Shown piece by piece: positions 1 to 10,426 of a DNA stretch of 64,000 nt; position 1 is the stretch's first letter; every line of letters begins with the position of its first letter. The translations under genes were made by a program, and so were the position numbers. The notes below the pieces were generated by a model. The model did not search any database. It had not been told where the DNA came from and worked only from the letters and a program-made list of their open reading frames with translations. The stretch is from an uncultured delta proteobacterium (GTDB lineage: Bacteria > Desulfobacterota > Desulfomonilia > UBA1062), in the NCBI GenBank assembly GCA_963785235.1, contig CAWAUM010000005.1:32001-96000 (forward strand), given 5' to 3'.

Positions 1-802
1 TAGACGAGAGGCGCAGGGAAAGTTCGGCTGGACCTTGTGTGTCTACCCTACTAACGAGCTTGCCAGGCATGCAGGACTGAGCGAGGAAGAGTACTCCGAG
101 CAGATTATCAATGCCTGTTTCCTGAAGAAAGCTGACCCGGTAGGTTGTTGGAAGAACATCTATAACGATGCCCAGTCTATTAAGAAATGGCTGAACAGTA
201 TGAAAGTCATCAGATATAGTATCGAATCAGAACATGTGGATCTCAAGGTGACCCCTGGGTTGAAGAGAAAATGGGTTGGTATTTCGGGGCATAATATTCC
301 AAGCTTCGAGTTATTCCTTTCGCCTGATTGGCGGGGCACCGAAGGTACCTTTTATGCCGACCAGCCGACATACCGCAGTGGAAATTATGTGAAAGGGATA
401 CACCTCTTTTTCAAGGCGGGTTCCGTTGAGCGTGCCTCTGCGGAGCAAGGGGAGGAGTTTCTCAAAAAGCAGATTGCCATGGACAATGGTGCCAGCAAGT
501 TAGGCGAGTTTTCTCTTACGGACAAGAGGTTTTCCAAGATAAGCACCTTCATGGCAAACACCCTTTATGATGAGAACTATGGCGGTAAGAGCGGGAATTG
601 TCATGTTGCCCTGGGGGCATCATACTCCGATACCTTTGATGGTGATGCTGCAGAGCTTACGCCGGATAAGAAGAAAGTGCTGGGGTTCAACGACTCCGCC
701 CTGCACTGGGATCTGGTAAATACCGAGAGAAAGAGGGTGAAGGCTCAGCTGGCTAATGGAAAGCTTGTTACCATCTATGAAGATGGTAAATTTGCCTTTT
801 GA
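1..802 (+). CDS. M29-family (aminopeptidase II/T-like) metalloaminopeptidase, 5' end outside the window
   Basis: Frame is open from position 2. Motifs NIPSFELF, GEFSL, TLYDEN, HVALGASY and SALHWDLV are typical of M29 peptidases. Confidence 0.8.
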   Translation, partial: RREAQGKFGWTLCVYPTNELARHAGLSEEEYSEQIINACFLKKADPVGCWKNIYNDAQSIKKWLNSMKVIRYSIESEHVDLKVTPGLKRKWVGISGHNIPSFELFLSPDWRGTEGTFYADQPTYRSGNYVKGIHLFFKAGSVERASAEQGEEFLKKQIAMDNGASKLGEFSLTDKRFSKISTFMANTLYDENYGGKSGNCHVALGASYSDTFDGDAAELTPDKKKVLGFNDSALHWDLVNTERKRVKAQLANGKLVTIYEDGKFAF

Positions 803-833
803 GATTAAAATGAAAATGTATTAAAGTATGACA

Positions 834-946
834 CAATTGCAAAACTAAAAAAGGTGACACCCGCGAAAGCGGATGTCCGGAAGCTGTTGATAACTCGATT
901 AGAAGCTTCCGCGGCAATGACAATCTGGAATTTTTGCAATTGGCTC
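834..946. repeat. REP-doublet/MITE-like element, copy 1
   Basis: Terminal IR CAATTGCAAAA (834-844) / TTTTGCAATTG (932-942). Internal degenerate palindromes GTGACACCCGCGAAAGCGGATGTCC and GCTTCCGCGGCAATGAC. Same architecture as 27883-27994. Confidence 0.7.
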
Positions 947-1105
947 GCATGTTATTAAATTTATTGTGATGGGGTTGGCACTTAATCTGTATTAAAAAAA
1001 AGTAATTGAGAGGTTGATTATACTATCTTATTATAATCATTTCAATTATATAGCGAGTTGAAAATATTAATTTATTTATGATAATATTCTCTCAAAGAGC
1101 AGGGT

Positions 1106-2416
1106 ATGAGCGAAAAAAAAGATAATAGTAATTTAAAGAAGAGGGTGGCTGAGCTCGAATTGTTAGCGTCTGAGAGTGAGGCTGCAGAGGTTGACCTGCG
1201 TGAGACTGCAGAAAAGTACCAGATCCATTTTTCTTTGGCTAATGATGTTATATACACAACTGACGAAACTTTTGTTGTGCAGTCAGTTTCGCCAAGTGTG
1301 GAGCGTGCCCTTGGATACAAGCCTGAAGAACTTGTGGGTAGATCATTTGCGGAACTGAATATAATTACACCCGAATACCTTGACAAGGCCGTAAAAGAGA
1401 GCTTGATGGTACTCTCAGGAGAGAGAATCATCTCTTCTACCTATCAGTTTATCACAAAAGACGGGGCAATAAGGTTTGGAGAGGTCAGTGGTGTTCCCTT
1501 TATGCGGGATGGAAAAGCCCGGGCAGTCATCTCTGTGGCCAGAGACATCACAGAGCGCATAGAAATGGAAAAGTCCTTACGCGAGAGCGAAGAGAGGTTT
1601 CGTACAATCTTCGAGTCAGCCCAGGATTGCATCTACATCAAAAATCTCAACCATGAATATGTCTTTGTAAATCCCTGTATAGAGAAGTTGTTCGGAGTAT
1701 CTTCCAGGGATATCCTGGGAAAAAAGAATGAGGAACTCTGTCTGAGGGATGTGGAACCGGACATCAGAGAGAATGATAGAAAGGTTCTGGATGGAGATAT
1801 TGTGGAGGGAGAGTACTCAAGGGTTATCAATGGTTCGCTCCTGACCTTTAATTTCATCAAGACACCCATACGTGACAGTTCCGGTAATGTTACAGGATTA
1901 TGCGGCATAGCCAGGGACATCACCGAGCGCAAGCGCTTCGAAGAACAGCTTCTTGCAAAGGAGAGGGAGTTGGCCCAACAGGCCCGTTACCTCGAAGAAA
2001 TGAATATTACTCTGAATGTTTTGCTCGATTCGAGAGAGAAAGAAAAGAAGCAGGCACAGGAGGCTGTTGTGTCCAGGGTACGAAAGATTATTTACCCGTA
2101 TCTGGAAAAGATTGAATCAAGTGATCTTGATGACGAAAATCGGATCTATCTCAGTATTGTCAAGGCTAACCTTGATGAACTCCTCTCTCCTTATACCAAT
2201 CCTCTTTCCCAGCATTATCTTAATTTTACCCCCATGGAAATGAGGATAGCCGACCTTATCAGGCAAGGGAAGACTACCAAGGAAATCTCAACAATGCTTA
2301 AGGTATCAGCCTTTGCAATATCATTTCACCGGAGTAATATAAGGAAAAAGTGTGGGCTGCTCAAGGCCAAGAAGAATCTCAGTGCATACTTGAATACTAT
2401 CGAGCAAGGGTTGTAA
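1106..2416 (+). CDS. PAS-PAS-LuxR one-component transcriptional regulator
   Basis: Two PAS/PAC domains each ending RDITER, a coiled coil, and a C-terminal LuxR HTH (FTPMEMRIADLIRQGKTTKEIS...HRSNIRKK). Confidence 0.9.
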   Translation: MSEKKDNSNLKKRVAELELLASESEAAEVDLRETAEKYQIHFSLANDVIYTTDETFVVQSVSPSVERALGYKPEELVGRSFAELNIITPEYLDKAVKESLMVLSGERIISSTYQFITKDGAIRFGEVSGVPFMRDGKARAVISVARDITERIEMEKSLRESEERFRTIFESAQDCIYIKNLNHEYVFVNPCIEKLFGVSSRDILGKKNEELCLRDVEPDIRENDRKVLDGDIVEGEYSRVINGSLLTFNFIKTPIRDSSGNVTGLCGIARDITERKRFEEQLLAKERELAQQARYLEEMNITLNVLLDSREKEKKQAQEAVVSRVRKIIYPYLEKIESSDLDDENRIYLSIVKANLDELLSPYTNPLSQHYLNFTPMEMRIADLIRQGKTTKEISTMLKVSAFAISFHRSNIRKKCGLLKAKKNLSAYLNTIEQGL

Positions 2417-2420
2417 TTAT

Positions 2421-2439
2421 TGCTAGGATAAACCTAGCA
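2421..2439. promoter_or_regulatory. Perfect 7-5-7 palindrome, candidate operator
   Basis: TGCTAGG-ATAAA-CCTAGCA lies immediately after the LuxR gene stop and upstream of the hydrogenase operon. Confidence 0.4.
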
Positions 2440-2528
2440 TTCAACTATGTAATTTTTAGCATTTAAATTTATTCAAAATTCTGGCATTATTTATGTGTTA
2501 TGTAAAGGAGGGTATAGATTTTGATTTT

Positions 2529-2580
2529 TGGCTTCATTGTCCGGCCCCCATGCAGGGACAATGAAGTCTTTTTTTTATTT
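2529..2580 (+). terminator. Intrinsic terminator
   Basis: GGCTTCATTGTCC...GGACAATGAAGTC stem followed by a T-run. Confidence 0.75.
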
Positions 2581-2883
2581 CAAGACCTGTGACAGTAAGT
2601 TTTGTTAACTTTTTATTGTTGTTGCCACTTTAATAAGGAAGAAATCCATCTAATTACCGTTTCGATTTCCACCGGGGTCTTCGCATGAACAGGTTGTTTT
2701 AAAAATCCATAGCCGCATTCTTGAATGATTTTTAAAGATATCATCGCCATAGAGCCTTTAAACTGAATGAAACATGAACCACAATTCAGTTTATTCTTGA
2801 TGCCCGTATGACTGTATGATAAGGAAATATGCTCGAAAGAGACACAAGAATAATAAGACTTCATACGCGATAGGGGGTAAACC

Positions 2884-3390
2884 GTGGCAGCGATCGATAA
2901 TACCCAGGCAGACGCGGGGTTGGCGGAGTTCACCTCTGAACAACTTGCGCAGGTTGACAAAATCATTACGGATCACAAAGGGAAACCAGGCGCCCTGATC
3001 CCTGTTCTCGAGCAGGTTCAGGATGTGACCGGATTTCTTCCCATGGCCATCCAGATGAGGGTGGCTGACGGACTGAGTCTCCCCGTGGCAAACGTGTTCG
3101 GTGTGGTCACCTTCTACTCCTTTTTCACCATGATCCCCAGAGGCAAGCATGTTATCCGCGTATGCCTCGGTACAGCCTGTTACGTAAGAGGCGGACAGAG
3201 GGTTCTGGACAGGGTGGGTGAAATCCTCAAGATTGCCCCAGGTGAATGCACGGCAGACAGGAATTTCTCCCTGGAGACAGTGCGGTGCCTCGGTGCATGC
3301 GGCCTTGCTCCGGTGGTGGTTGTTGATGCCGACACACACGGTCAGGTAAAACCGGCCAAACTCGAGCAGACGCTCGCGAAGTATAACTAG
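2884..3390 (+). CDS. hydC: [FeFe]-hydrogenase NuoE-like [2Fe-2S] subunit (HydC/HndA)
   Basis: VCLGTACYVRG and RCLGACGLAP thioredoxin-like [2Fe-2S] motifs; GVVTFYSFF. Confidence 0.92.
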   Translation: MAAIDNTQADAGLAEFTSEQLAQVDKIITDHKGKPGALIPVLEQVQDVTGFLPMAIQMRVADGLSLPVANVFGVVTFYSFFTMIPRGKHVIRVCLGTACYVRGGQRVLDRVGEILKIAPGECTADRNFSLETVRCLGACGLAPVVVVDADTHGQVKPAKLEQTLAKYN

Positions 3391-3400
3391 GAGGGGCCCT

Positions 3401-3799
3401 ATGGCGAAGCTGACGATTGATGATCTGAAAAAGATTAAAAACAGGGTGGAGAAAGAAGACCAGTTCAGGTCCGGCACAAAGCGCATCAAGCTCACCGTGC
3501 ACATGGGTACCTGCGGTATCGCTTCCGGCGCCAAGGAGATCCTTGATACCTTCATGAGCGAGATCAGTGAGAACAATCTGAACGATGTCCTCATCACCAC
3601 CTCGGGTTGCATCGGCATCTGCAGCAGGGAGCCTCTGGCCACCGTAGAGGAGCAGGGCAAGGAAGCGATCGTCTATGAATATCTAACCTCGAACAAGGCC
3701 AGGCAGATCTTTAAACGCCACGTCATGAACGGCGAGGTACAGATGGACTTTGTCATGGCAAGAGGTACGGAACACGAAAAGAAGGGGGGGCGTAAATGA
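3401..3799 (+). CDS. hydD: Thioredoxin-like [2Fe-2S] ferredoxin subunit (HydD/HndB)
   Basis: HMGTCGIASGA and TSGCIGICSREP motifs; lies between hydC and hydB; ATGA overlap with hydB. Confidence 0.85.
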   Translation: MAKLTIDDLKKIKNRVEKEDQFRSGTKRIKLTVHMGTCGIASGAKEILDTFMSEISENNLNDVLITTSGCIGICSREPLATVEEQGKEAIVYEYLTSNKARQIFKRHVMNGEVQMDFVMARGTEHEKKGGRK

Positions 3800-6700
3800 A
3801 GGTCTTTCGAGCACATATACTTGTCTGCGGCGGTACAGGGTGCCATGCCACAGGCAGTGGAGAAGTACATAAAGCTATTGTACAGGAACTGGCTGCAAAG
3901 AATCTCGCCGGCGAAGTAACCGTGGTGGAAACCGGGTGTAACGGATTCTGTGCTGCAGGCCCCATTGTGGTCATGTATCCGGAAGGGACCTTCTACCAGT
4001 ACGTGAAGGCCCAAGATGTCCCCGAGATCATCGAGGAACACATTGTCAAGGGCAGGCCTGTCAAAAGGCTCATGTACAAAGAGCCCACAACAGAAGCGCC
4101 CATTCCCCACATGCTGGATATCCCGTTCTTCGGCAAGCAGAAGCTCATTGTCCTGAAGAACAGGGGATTGATCGACGCGGAAAAGATCGACGAATACATC
4201 GCCCGTGACGGCTATATGGCAGCTGCCAAGGCCCTGACCGAGATGAACAGGGACCAGGTCATCGACGAGGTGAAAAAATCAGGTCTTCGCGGCCGTGGAG
4301 GCGGCGGTTTCCCAACCGGTATGAAGTGGTCCTTTGCCAGCAAGGCCGCCAGCGATGTCAAATATATCCTGTGCAACGCCGACGAGGGCGACCCGGGTGC
4401 ATTCATGGACCGGTCAGTCCTTGAGGCCGACCCGCATGCAGTGCTCGAAGGCATGATCATCGGCGGCTATGCCATCGGCGCCAATGAAGGCTACATCTAT
4501 TGCAGGGCCGAGTATCCGCTGGCCATCAAGAGACTCTACATAGCCATCGACCAGGCCAAGGAATACGGTCTGCTCGGGCAGAATATCCTGGGAACAGACT
4601 ACAGCCTGAACATCCACGTATACCAGGGCGCAGGCGCGTTTGTGTGCGGCGAAGAGACCGCACTCATGAACTCCATCGAGGGCAAGCGCGGCATGCCGCG
4701 GCCCCGTCCTCCGTTCCCGGCGAGCAAAGGCCTGTGGCAGAAGCCATCGGTCCTGAACAACGTTGAGACCTTTGCAAACATCGCGCAGATCATCCTAAAC
4801 GGTGGCGAGTGGTACGCCTCCATGGGTACCGAGCGTTCCAAGGGCACCAAGGTGTTCGCACTTACCGGAGCAGTCAACAATGTCGGTCTGGTTGAAGTTC
4901 CCATGGGCACGGCAATCGGCGACATCATCTTTGACATCGGCGGCGGCATCAGGAACGACAAGCAGTACAAGGCCGCCCAGCTCGGCGGTCCGTCCGGCGG
5001 CTGTATCCCGGCCGAGGCACTGAACACCCCCACCGATTACGAAGAAATCATCAAACTGGGCGCCATCATGGGTTCCGGCGGTCTTATCGTCATGGACGAG
5101 GACACCTGCATGGTGGACACGGCCAAGTTCTTCATGGAATTCTGCCAGGAAGAGTCCTGCGGCAAGTGCACGCCGTGCCGCGAAGGCACCAAGCGCATGC
5201 TTGAGATCCTCCAGAGGATATGCCACGGCCAGGGCAAGGAAGGCGACATCGAGCTCCTGGAAGATCTGGCAGGCGTCATTAAAGACTCCGCTCTGTGCGG
5301 TCTCGGCCAGACAGCCCCGAACCCGGTCCTGTCCACCATTAAGTATTTCAGGCACGAGTACGAGGCCCATATCTATGACAAGAGGTGCCCGGCAGTTGTC
5401 TGCTCGAAACTGTTCAAGTCACCATGCCAGCATGCATGCCCCATCGAGATGGATGTGCCCGCATACATCGCTCTCATAAGGGCAGGCAGGATGGCAGATG
5501 CATTCAAGGTTATGAAAAAGACCAACCCCTTCCCCGGCGTATGCGGCAGGGTCTGCCCGCAGTTCTGCTCAAACAAGTGCCGCAGGGGTCAGCTCGATGA
5601 GCCCATGGCCATTGCATGGCTCAAACGCTATATCTCGGACAACGCCAAGAGACCCAAGGTCGATGCGGCCCCGGTTACCCGCAAAGAGAAGATCGCGGTC
5701 ATCGGTGCTGGGCCTGCAGGACTCACCGCTGCCCAGGATCTGGCGCTCAGGGGTTACAAGGTAACCGTGTTCGAGGAACTGCCCTTTGCAGGCGGCATGA
5801 TGCGTTATGCCATCCCCGAATACCGCATGCCCAGGGACATCGTGGAGCAGGAAGTAGCCGACATCCAGGCTCTCGGTGTCGATATAAGGACCAATACCAG
5901 GGTAGGCAGGGACATCAGCTTTGAACAGGTCCGTAAGGACTTCGACATAACCATTGTCACAGTCGGTGCGCACAAGAGCACAAAGCTGGGCATCGAGGGC
6001 GAAGAACTCACCGGTGTCTGGGGAGCGGTGGAATTCCTCCGCGAGGTCAACCTGGGCAAAAAGGTGAGCATTGGTTCGAAGGTAGCCATCGTAGGCGGCG
6101 GCAACTCCGCCATCGACGCGGCCCGTACGGCTATCCGCCTTGGCGCCAAGGACGTCACCATCCTCTACCGCCGCGAGCGCAAGGACATGCCCGCATGGGA
6201 GAACGAGATTGTGGCAGCCGAGCATGAAGGCGTCAAGATCATGTACCTGGTTGCACCGACCAAACTCATCGGCAAGGGCGACAAACTCGCCGGTGTCGAG
6301 TGCCAGCGCATGAAGCTGGGCGAGTTCGACCGTTCCGGCAGGCGCAAACCCACAGCCATTGCCGGCAGCGAGTTCGTGCTTTCCATAGACACCATAGTCC
6401 CGGCCATTTCCCAGAGCACCGATGCATCGTTCATCGCTGCGGGTTCGGATGTGAGCCTTGACAAGTGGGGTGGAGTAAAGGCTACTGGCAAGGCAAAGAA
6501 CAAGACCACGGCAGAGAACGTATTCATAGCAGGCGATGCGGCAAGCGGACCGGCCACCGTTGTGGAGGCCATTGCCATGGGCCACACGACTGCTGCCGAC
6601 GTTGACGCTTTCATCCGCGCCAGGAACAGCGAACCTGCCTACAGTATACCGGCCCGAGGAAGTCATCGAGATCCCCTTCGAGGTGGATGAGGAGGTCATC

Positions 6701-6838
6701 GAGTCCCCCAAGGCCAGGATGCCCGAGCTCAAGAAGTCAGAGCGCATGATCAGCTTCAAAGAGGTGGAACTGGGTTATTCCAAGAAGACTGCCTACAAAG
6801 AGGCCTGCAGGTGCCTGCGCTGCGATGCAGAGCTCTAG
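3796..6838 (+). CDS. hydB: NuoF-like HydB fused to a GltD/NfnB-like FAD/NADPH oxidoreductase domain (one apparent frameshift at about 6640-6657)
   Basis: N-terminal Trx-like [2Fe-2S]; GLRGRGGGGFPTG, NADEGDPGAFMD, GGPSGG, ESCGKCTPCREG. From about 5413: CQHACP...CGRVCPQFC..KC, GAGPAG, GGGNSA, YRRERKDMPA. The tail EACRCLRCD is in ORF 6536-6838. Confidence 0.9.
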
Positions 6839-6862
6839 GGTCAGACAACAGGAGAGACAGCA

Positions 6863-8620
6863 ATGGTTAATCTGACGATTGACAACATAAAGGTTAACGT
6901 GAATGAGGGCAGTACCATTTTAGAGGCTGCCAAGACCGCGGGCATCAATATCCCCACGTTGTGCGCCTGGACCGAAATCGGCCATACACCGGGCGCCTGC
7001 CGTGTCTGCCTGTGCGAGGTGGAAGGCCAGAGAAATCTGGTTGCTTCGTGCGTGTTCCCGGTTGCAGAAGGCATGATTGTGAAGACCACCACCGAGCGAG
7101 TAAGGCACGCCCGGAAGCTCAATGTGGAGCTGCTCCTGGCGAACCACCCCACGGACTGCAACGTATGCATCCGTAACGGCAGCTGCGAACTCCAGGTGGT
7201 GGCGGATTCCGTGGGCTTAAGAAGTGTCCGTTTCGATTATCCTGTAACCAAGGAAAAACACATCGACAATTCAAGCCCCTCCATTGTCCGAGACTCAACC
7301 AAATGCATCAAGTGCTACCGCTGCGTGACCGTGTGCGAAGAGATCCAGACCGCCTGTGTCCTGCAGCCTGCCCACAGGGGCGACAAGGTATTCATCGGTC
7401 CTCCCTTCGATATGCCTCTTATGGAGACCAACTGCACCATGTGCGGCCAGTGTGTGCTGGCTTGCCCGGTGGGTGCACTCTATGAGAAGGACGATACCGA
7501 AGCGGTCTGGGCTGCCCTGCAGGACCCCACCAAACACGTGGTCGTCCAGGAGGCCCCGGCCATCCGCGCCGCACTTGGCGAGGATCTCGGCATGCCCGTG
7601 GGATCACTGGTCACAGGGAAAATGCTCACAGCGCTCAGGCGTCTGGGGTTCGATAAGATATTCGACACAAACTTCACGGCCGACCTCACCATCATCGAGG
7701 AAGGCAACGAGCTGTTGCAGCGGGTGAAAGAGGGCGGCAAGCTGCCCATGATCACCTCGTGCTCGCCTGGCTGGATCAAGTTCTGCGAGCACTTCTATCC
7801 GGACCTGTTAGACAACCTGTCCACCTGCAAGTCGCCCCAGCAGATGATGGGCGCGCTCATCAAGTCATACTACGCACAGCAGTCGGGGATTGATCCCAAG
7901 GACATCGTGTCGGTCTCCATCATGCCGTGCACGGCAAAGAAATTCGAATGCCAGCGCGACGAGATGAATGACAGCGGGTATCAGGACGTTGACATCGTGC
8001 TCACTACCCGTGAGCTCTCCCGCATGATCAAGCAGGCAGGCATCGACTTCGCAAATCTGCCGGACAGCGATTACGACAACCCGCTCGGCGAGTATACCGG
8101 TGCGGCGACTATCTTCGGTGCCACAGGCGGTGTTATGGAGGCGGCATTGAGGACCGTGTACGCGGTCGTCACCGGTACCAACCTCGAGAGCCTCGATGTC
8201 ACCCCGGTGCGCGGCCTGGAAGGCGTGAAGGAAGCCACTGTGGAAGTGGGTGGGCTGGGCAAGGTAAAGGTTGCCGTTGCGCATGGGCTCAGCAATGCAC
8301 GCAAGCTCATGGACAAGATCCGCGATGGATCTGCAGACTACGCCTTCATCGAGGTCATGTGCTGCCCTGGCGGCTGCGTGTCCGGAGGTGGACAGCCCAT
8401 CGCACCGAGCAATGAGAAGAGGATCACCAGGGCTGCCGCCCTGTACAAGGACGACGGTTCAGTGCAGAAATTCCGCCAGTCTCACGAGAACCCATCGGTC
8501 AAGAAGATTTACGAGATCTTCCTGGAGAAACCCCTGGGCCACAAATCCCATGAGCTGCTGCACACCCATTATATAAAACGCGGGACCAGCATGCCTCACA
8601 AAAAACAGGGAGTGAAGTAA
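6863..8620 (+). CDS. hydA: Group A3 [FeFe]-hydrogenase catalytic subunit
   Basis: [2Fe-2S], His-ligated [4Fe-4S] (HPTDCNVCIRNGSC) and 2x[4Fe-4S]. H-cluster motifs TSCSPGW, MPCTAKKFE and EVMCCPGGCVSGGGQP; C-terminal HELLHT. Confidence 0.95.
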   Translation: MVNLTIDNIKVNVNEGSTILEAAKTAGINIPTLCAWTEIGHTPGACRVCLCEVEGQRNLVASCVFPVAEGMIVKTTTERVRHARKLNVELLLANHPTDCNVCIRNGSCELQVVADSVGLRSVRFDYPVTKEKHIDNSSPSIVRDSTKCIKCYRCVTVCEEIQTACVLQPAHRGDKVFIGPPFDMPLMETNCTMCGQCVLACPVGALYEKDDTEAVWAALQDPTKHVVVQEAPAIRAALGEDLGMPVGSLVTGKMLTALRRLGFDKIFDTNFTADLTIIEEGNELLQRVKEGGKLPMITSCSPGWIKFCEHFYPDLLDNLSTCKSPQQMMGALIKSYYAQQSGIDPKDIVSVSIMPCTAKKFECQRDEMNDSGYQDVDIVLTTRELSRMIKQAGIDFANLPDSDYDNPLGEYTGAATIFGATGGVMEAALRTVYAVVTGTNLESLDVTPVRGLEGVKEATVEVGGLGKVKVAVAHGLSNARKLMDKIRDGSADYAFIEVMCCPGGCVSGGGQPIAPSNEKRITRAAALYKDDGSVQKFRQSHENPSVKKIYEIFLEKPLGHKSHELLHTHYIKRGTSMPHKKQGVK

Positions 8621-8703
8621 GAGACAAATACAAAAACAACCATTAAGCGGCCTGCGAGGGAGGTTGAAGGACTGACCTTGAGGGTAATAAAGGACTTGTC
8701 AAA

Positions 8704-8736
8704 GGGCCTTTACCCATCAAAAGCGGGTAAAGGCCC
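8704..8736 (+). terminator. 12-bp stem-loop between hydA and the maturation genes (partial terminator or mRNA stabiliser)
   Basis: GGGCCTTTACCC-9nt-GGGTAAAGGCCC, followed by GTTTATT. Confidence 0.55.
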
Positions 8737-8761
8737 GTTTATTCATTCTGGGAGAAGACAC

Positions 8762-9019
8762 ATGGAAGAAAAATCTCGAAGAATCGGGGTGGTAAGCATT
8801 ATCATCCATAATAGAAAAGAATCGGCCATGAGGGTCAATGAAATAATTACCCACTATGGCGAAAGTATTATAGGCCGCATGGGTATTCCTTATGAACCGA
8901 AAGGGATAAATATTATTGCGCTCATCATCCACGGCACCACGGACGACATCGGCGCACTTACCGGAAAGCTCGGCTCTTTACCGGATGTAGAAGTCAAGTC
9001 CGTGCTCACAAAGGCTTAA
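8762..9019 (+). CDS. TM1266-family iron-only hydrogenase system putative regulator (NikR-C/ACT-like)
   Basis: RIGVVSIII...IIGRMGIPY...IGALTGKLGSLPDVEVKS; lies directly before hydG. Confidence 0.85.
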   Translation: MEEKSRRIGVVSIIIHNRKESAMRVNEIITHYGESIIGRMGIPYEPKGINIIALIIHGTTDDIGALTGKLGSLPDVEVKSVLTKA

Positions 9020-9030
9020 AGGAGAGAACC

Positions 9031-10426
9031 ATGCAGGACTTCATCAACGATACACTCATTCAAGAAACTCTTGCTCATGCTAAGAACCCGGAGAAAAGCA
9101 GGGTCCTCACGATTATCGAAAAGGCAAAGGGGCTTCATGGACTTATCTCTAAAGGAAGCGGCAGTGTTACTCCAGTGTGAGGACCATGATCTCATTGACG
9201 AGATCTTTGCTGCCGCCAGGTTTATCAAGCAGGGCATCTATGGCAACCGCCTTGTGCTCTTCGCCCCTTTGTACATCTCCAACTACTGCTCCAACAACTG
9301 CCTGTACTGCGGTTTCAGGAGAGACAACAAGGAACTGAAGCGGAAAGCCCTTACCATGGAAGAGATTGCCGACGAGGTAAGGATGCTGGAGCGGGAGGGG
9401 CACAAAAGGCTGCTCATGCTCTGCGGAGAGAACCACAAAAAGAGTTCCATGGATTACTTCATCGAGGCCATAGAGACGGCCTATGCCACCACAACGGAGC
9501 ATGGCGGAGAGATACGGCGCATCAACGTGGAGATAGCCCCCCAGAGCGTTGAAGACTTCCGACGGCTCAAGGCGGCAAGGATCGGCACCTATGTGCTCTT
9601 CCAGGAGACCTACCATCATGCAACGTATAAAGAGATGCACCCGAGCGGGCCCAAGGCCGACTTTGCCTGGAGGGTCACCGCCCAGGACAGGGCCATGGAA
9701 GGCGGCATCAATGACGTGGGCATCGGGGCGCTCTTCGGTTTATATGACTACAAGTATGAGGTCATGGGCCTGCTGCACCACGCCATGCACCTTGAGGAGG
9801 TCTATGGTGTCGGACCTCACACCATATCCATACCAAGGCTGGAGCCTGCATTGAATGCACCTGCCGCCATCAAGCCCCCCAGGCCGGTTTCCGACGATGA
9901 GTTCAAGAAGCTGGTGGCGGTCATTAGGCTCGCAGTCCCGTACACCGGCATGATCCTTTCCACCAGGGAGCGTCCCGAACTCAGGGGCGAGGTGTTCGAC
10001 CTGGGGATATCCCAGATCAGCGCCGGCTCCCGCACCAATCCCGGAGGTTACAAGGAAGATGACGGTGAAGGCTTCAGGGCGGCCCAGTTCAACCTGGGCG
10101 ACACAAGGACCTTGGATGAGGTGATCCATGACATCACCACCAAGGGACATATCCCGAGCTTCTGCACTGCCTGCTACCGGCTCGGCAGGGTAGGTGCCGA
10201 CTTCATGGATATGGCCAAGCCGGGGCTTATCCAGAAGTTTTGCCGGACAAACGCCATACTGACTTTCAAGGAATATCTCGAAGACTACGCCTCGGAGCAC
10301 ACAAAAGAGGCCGGTATTCAGCTCATCGAACAACTCCTGGCGGAGACCAAAGATGCCAAGGTGAAGGATCTGCTTGAAGACCGATTGAAAAAGATTGAAC
10401 ATGGAATGCATGACCTGTACATCTGA
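9031..10426 (+). CDS. hydG: H-cluster radical SAM maturase HydG (apparent frameshift at about 9142)
   Basis: RBS AAGGAGAG plus ATG at 9031; CSNNCLYC radical SAM motif; C-terminal CTAC-x22-C; SQISAGS. Confidence 0.93.

Noticed and set aside
975-2497. sigma54-like elements TTGGCACTTAATCTGTA (about 975) and CTGGCATTATTTATGTG (about 2481)
   Set aside because: Both have GT instead of the conserved GC at -12.
7753-7775. HydA L1 motif TSCSPGW instead of TSCCPGW as a novelty
   Set aside because: C[CS]P is a known common variant among group A [FeFe]-hydrogenases.
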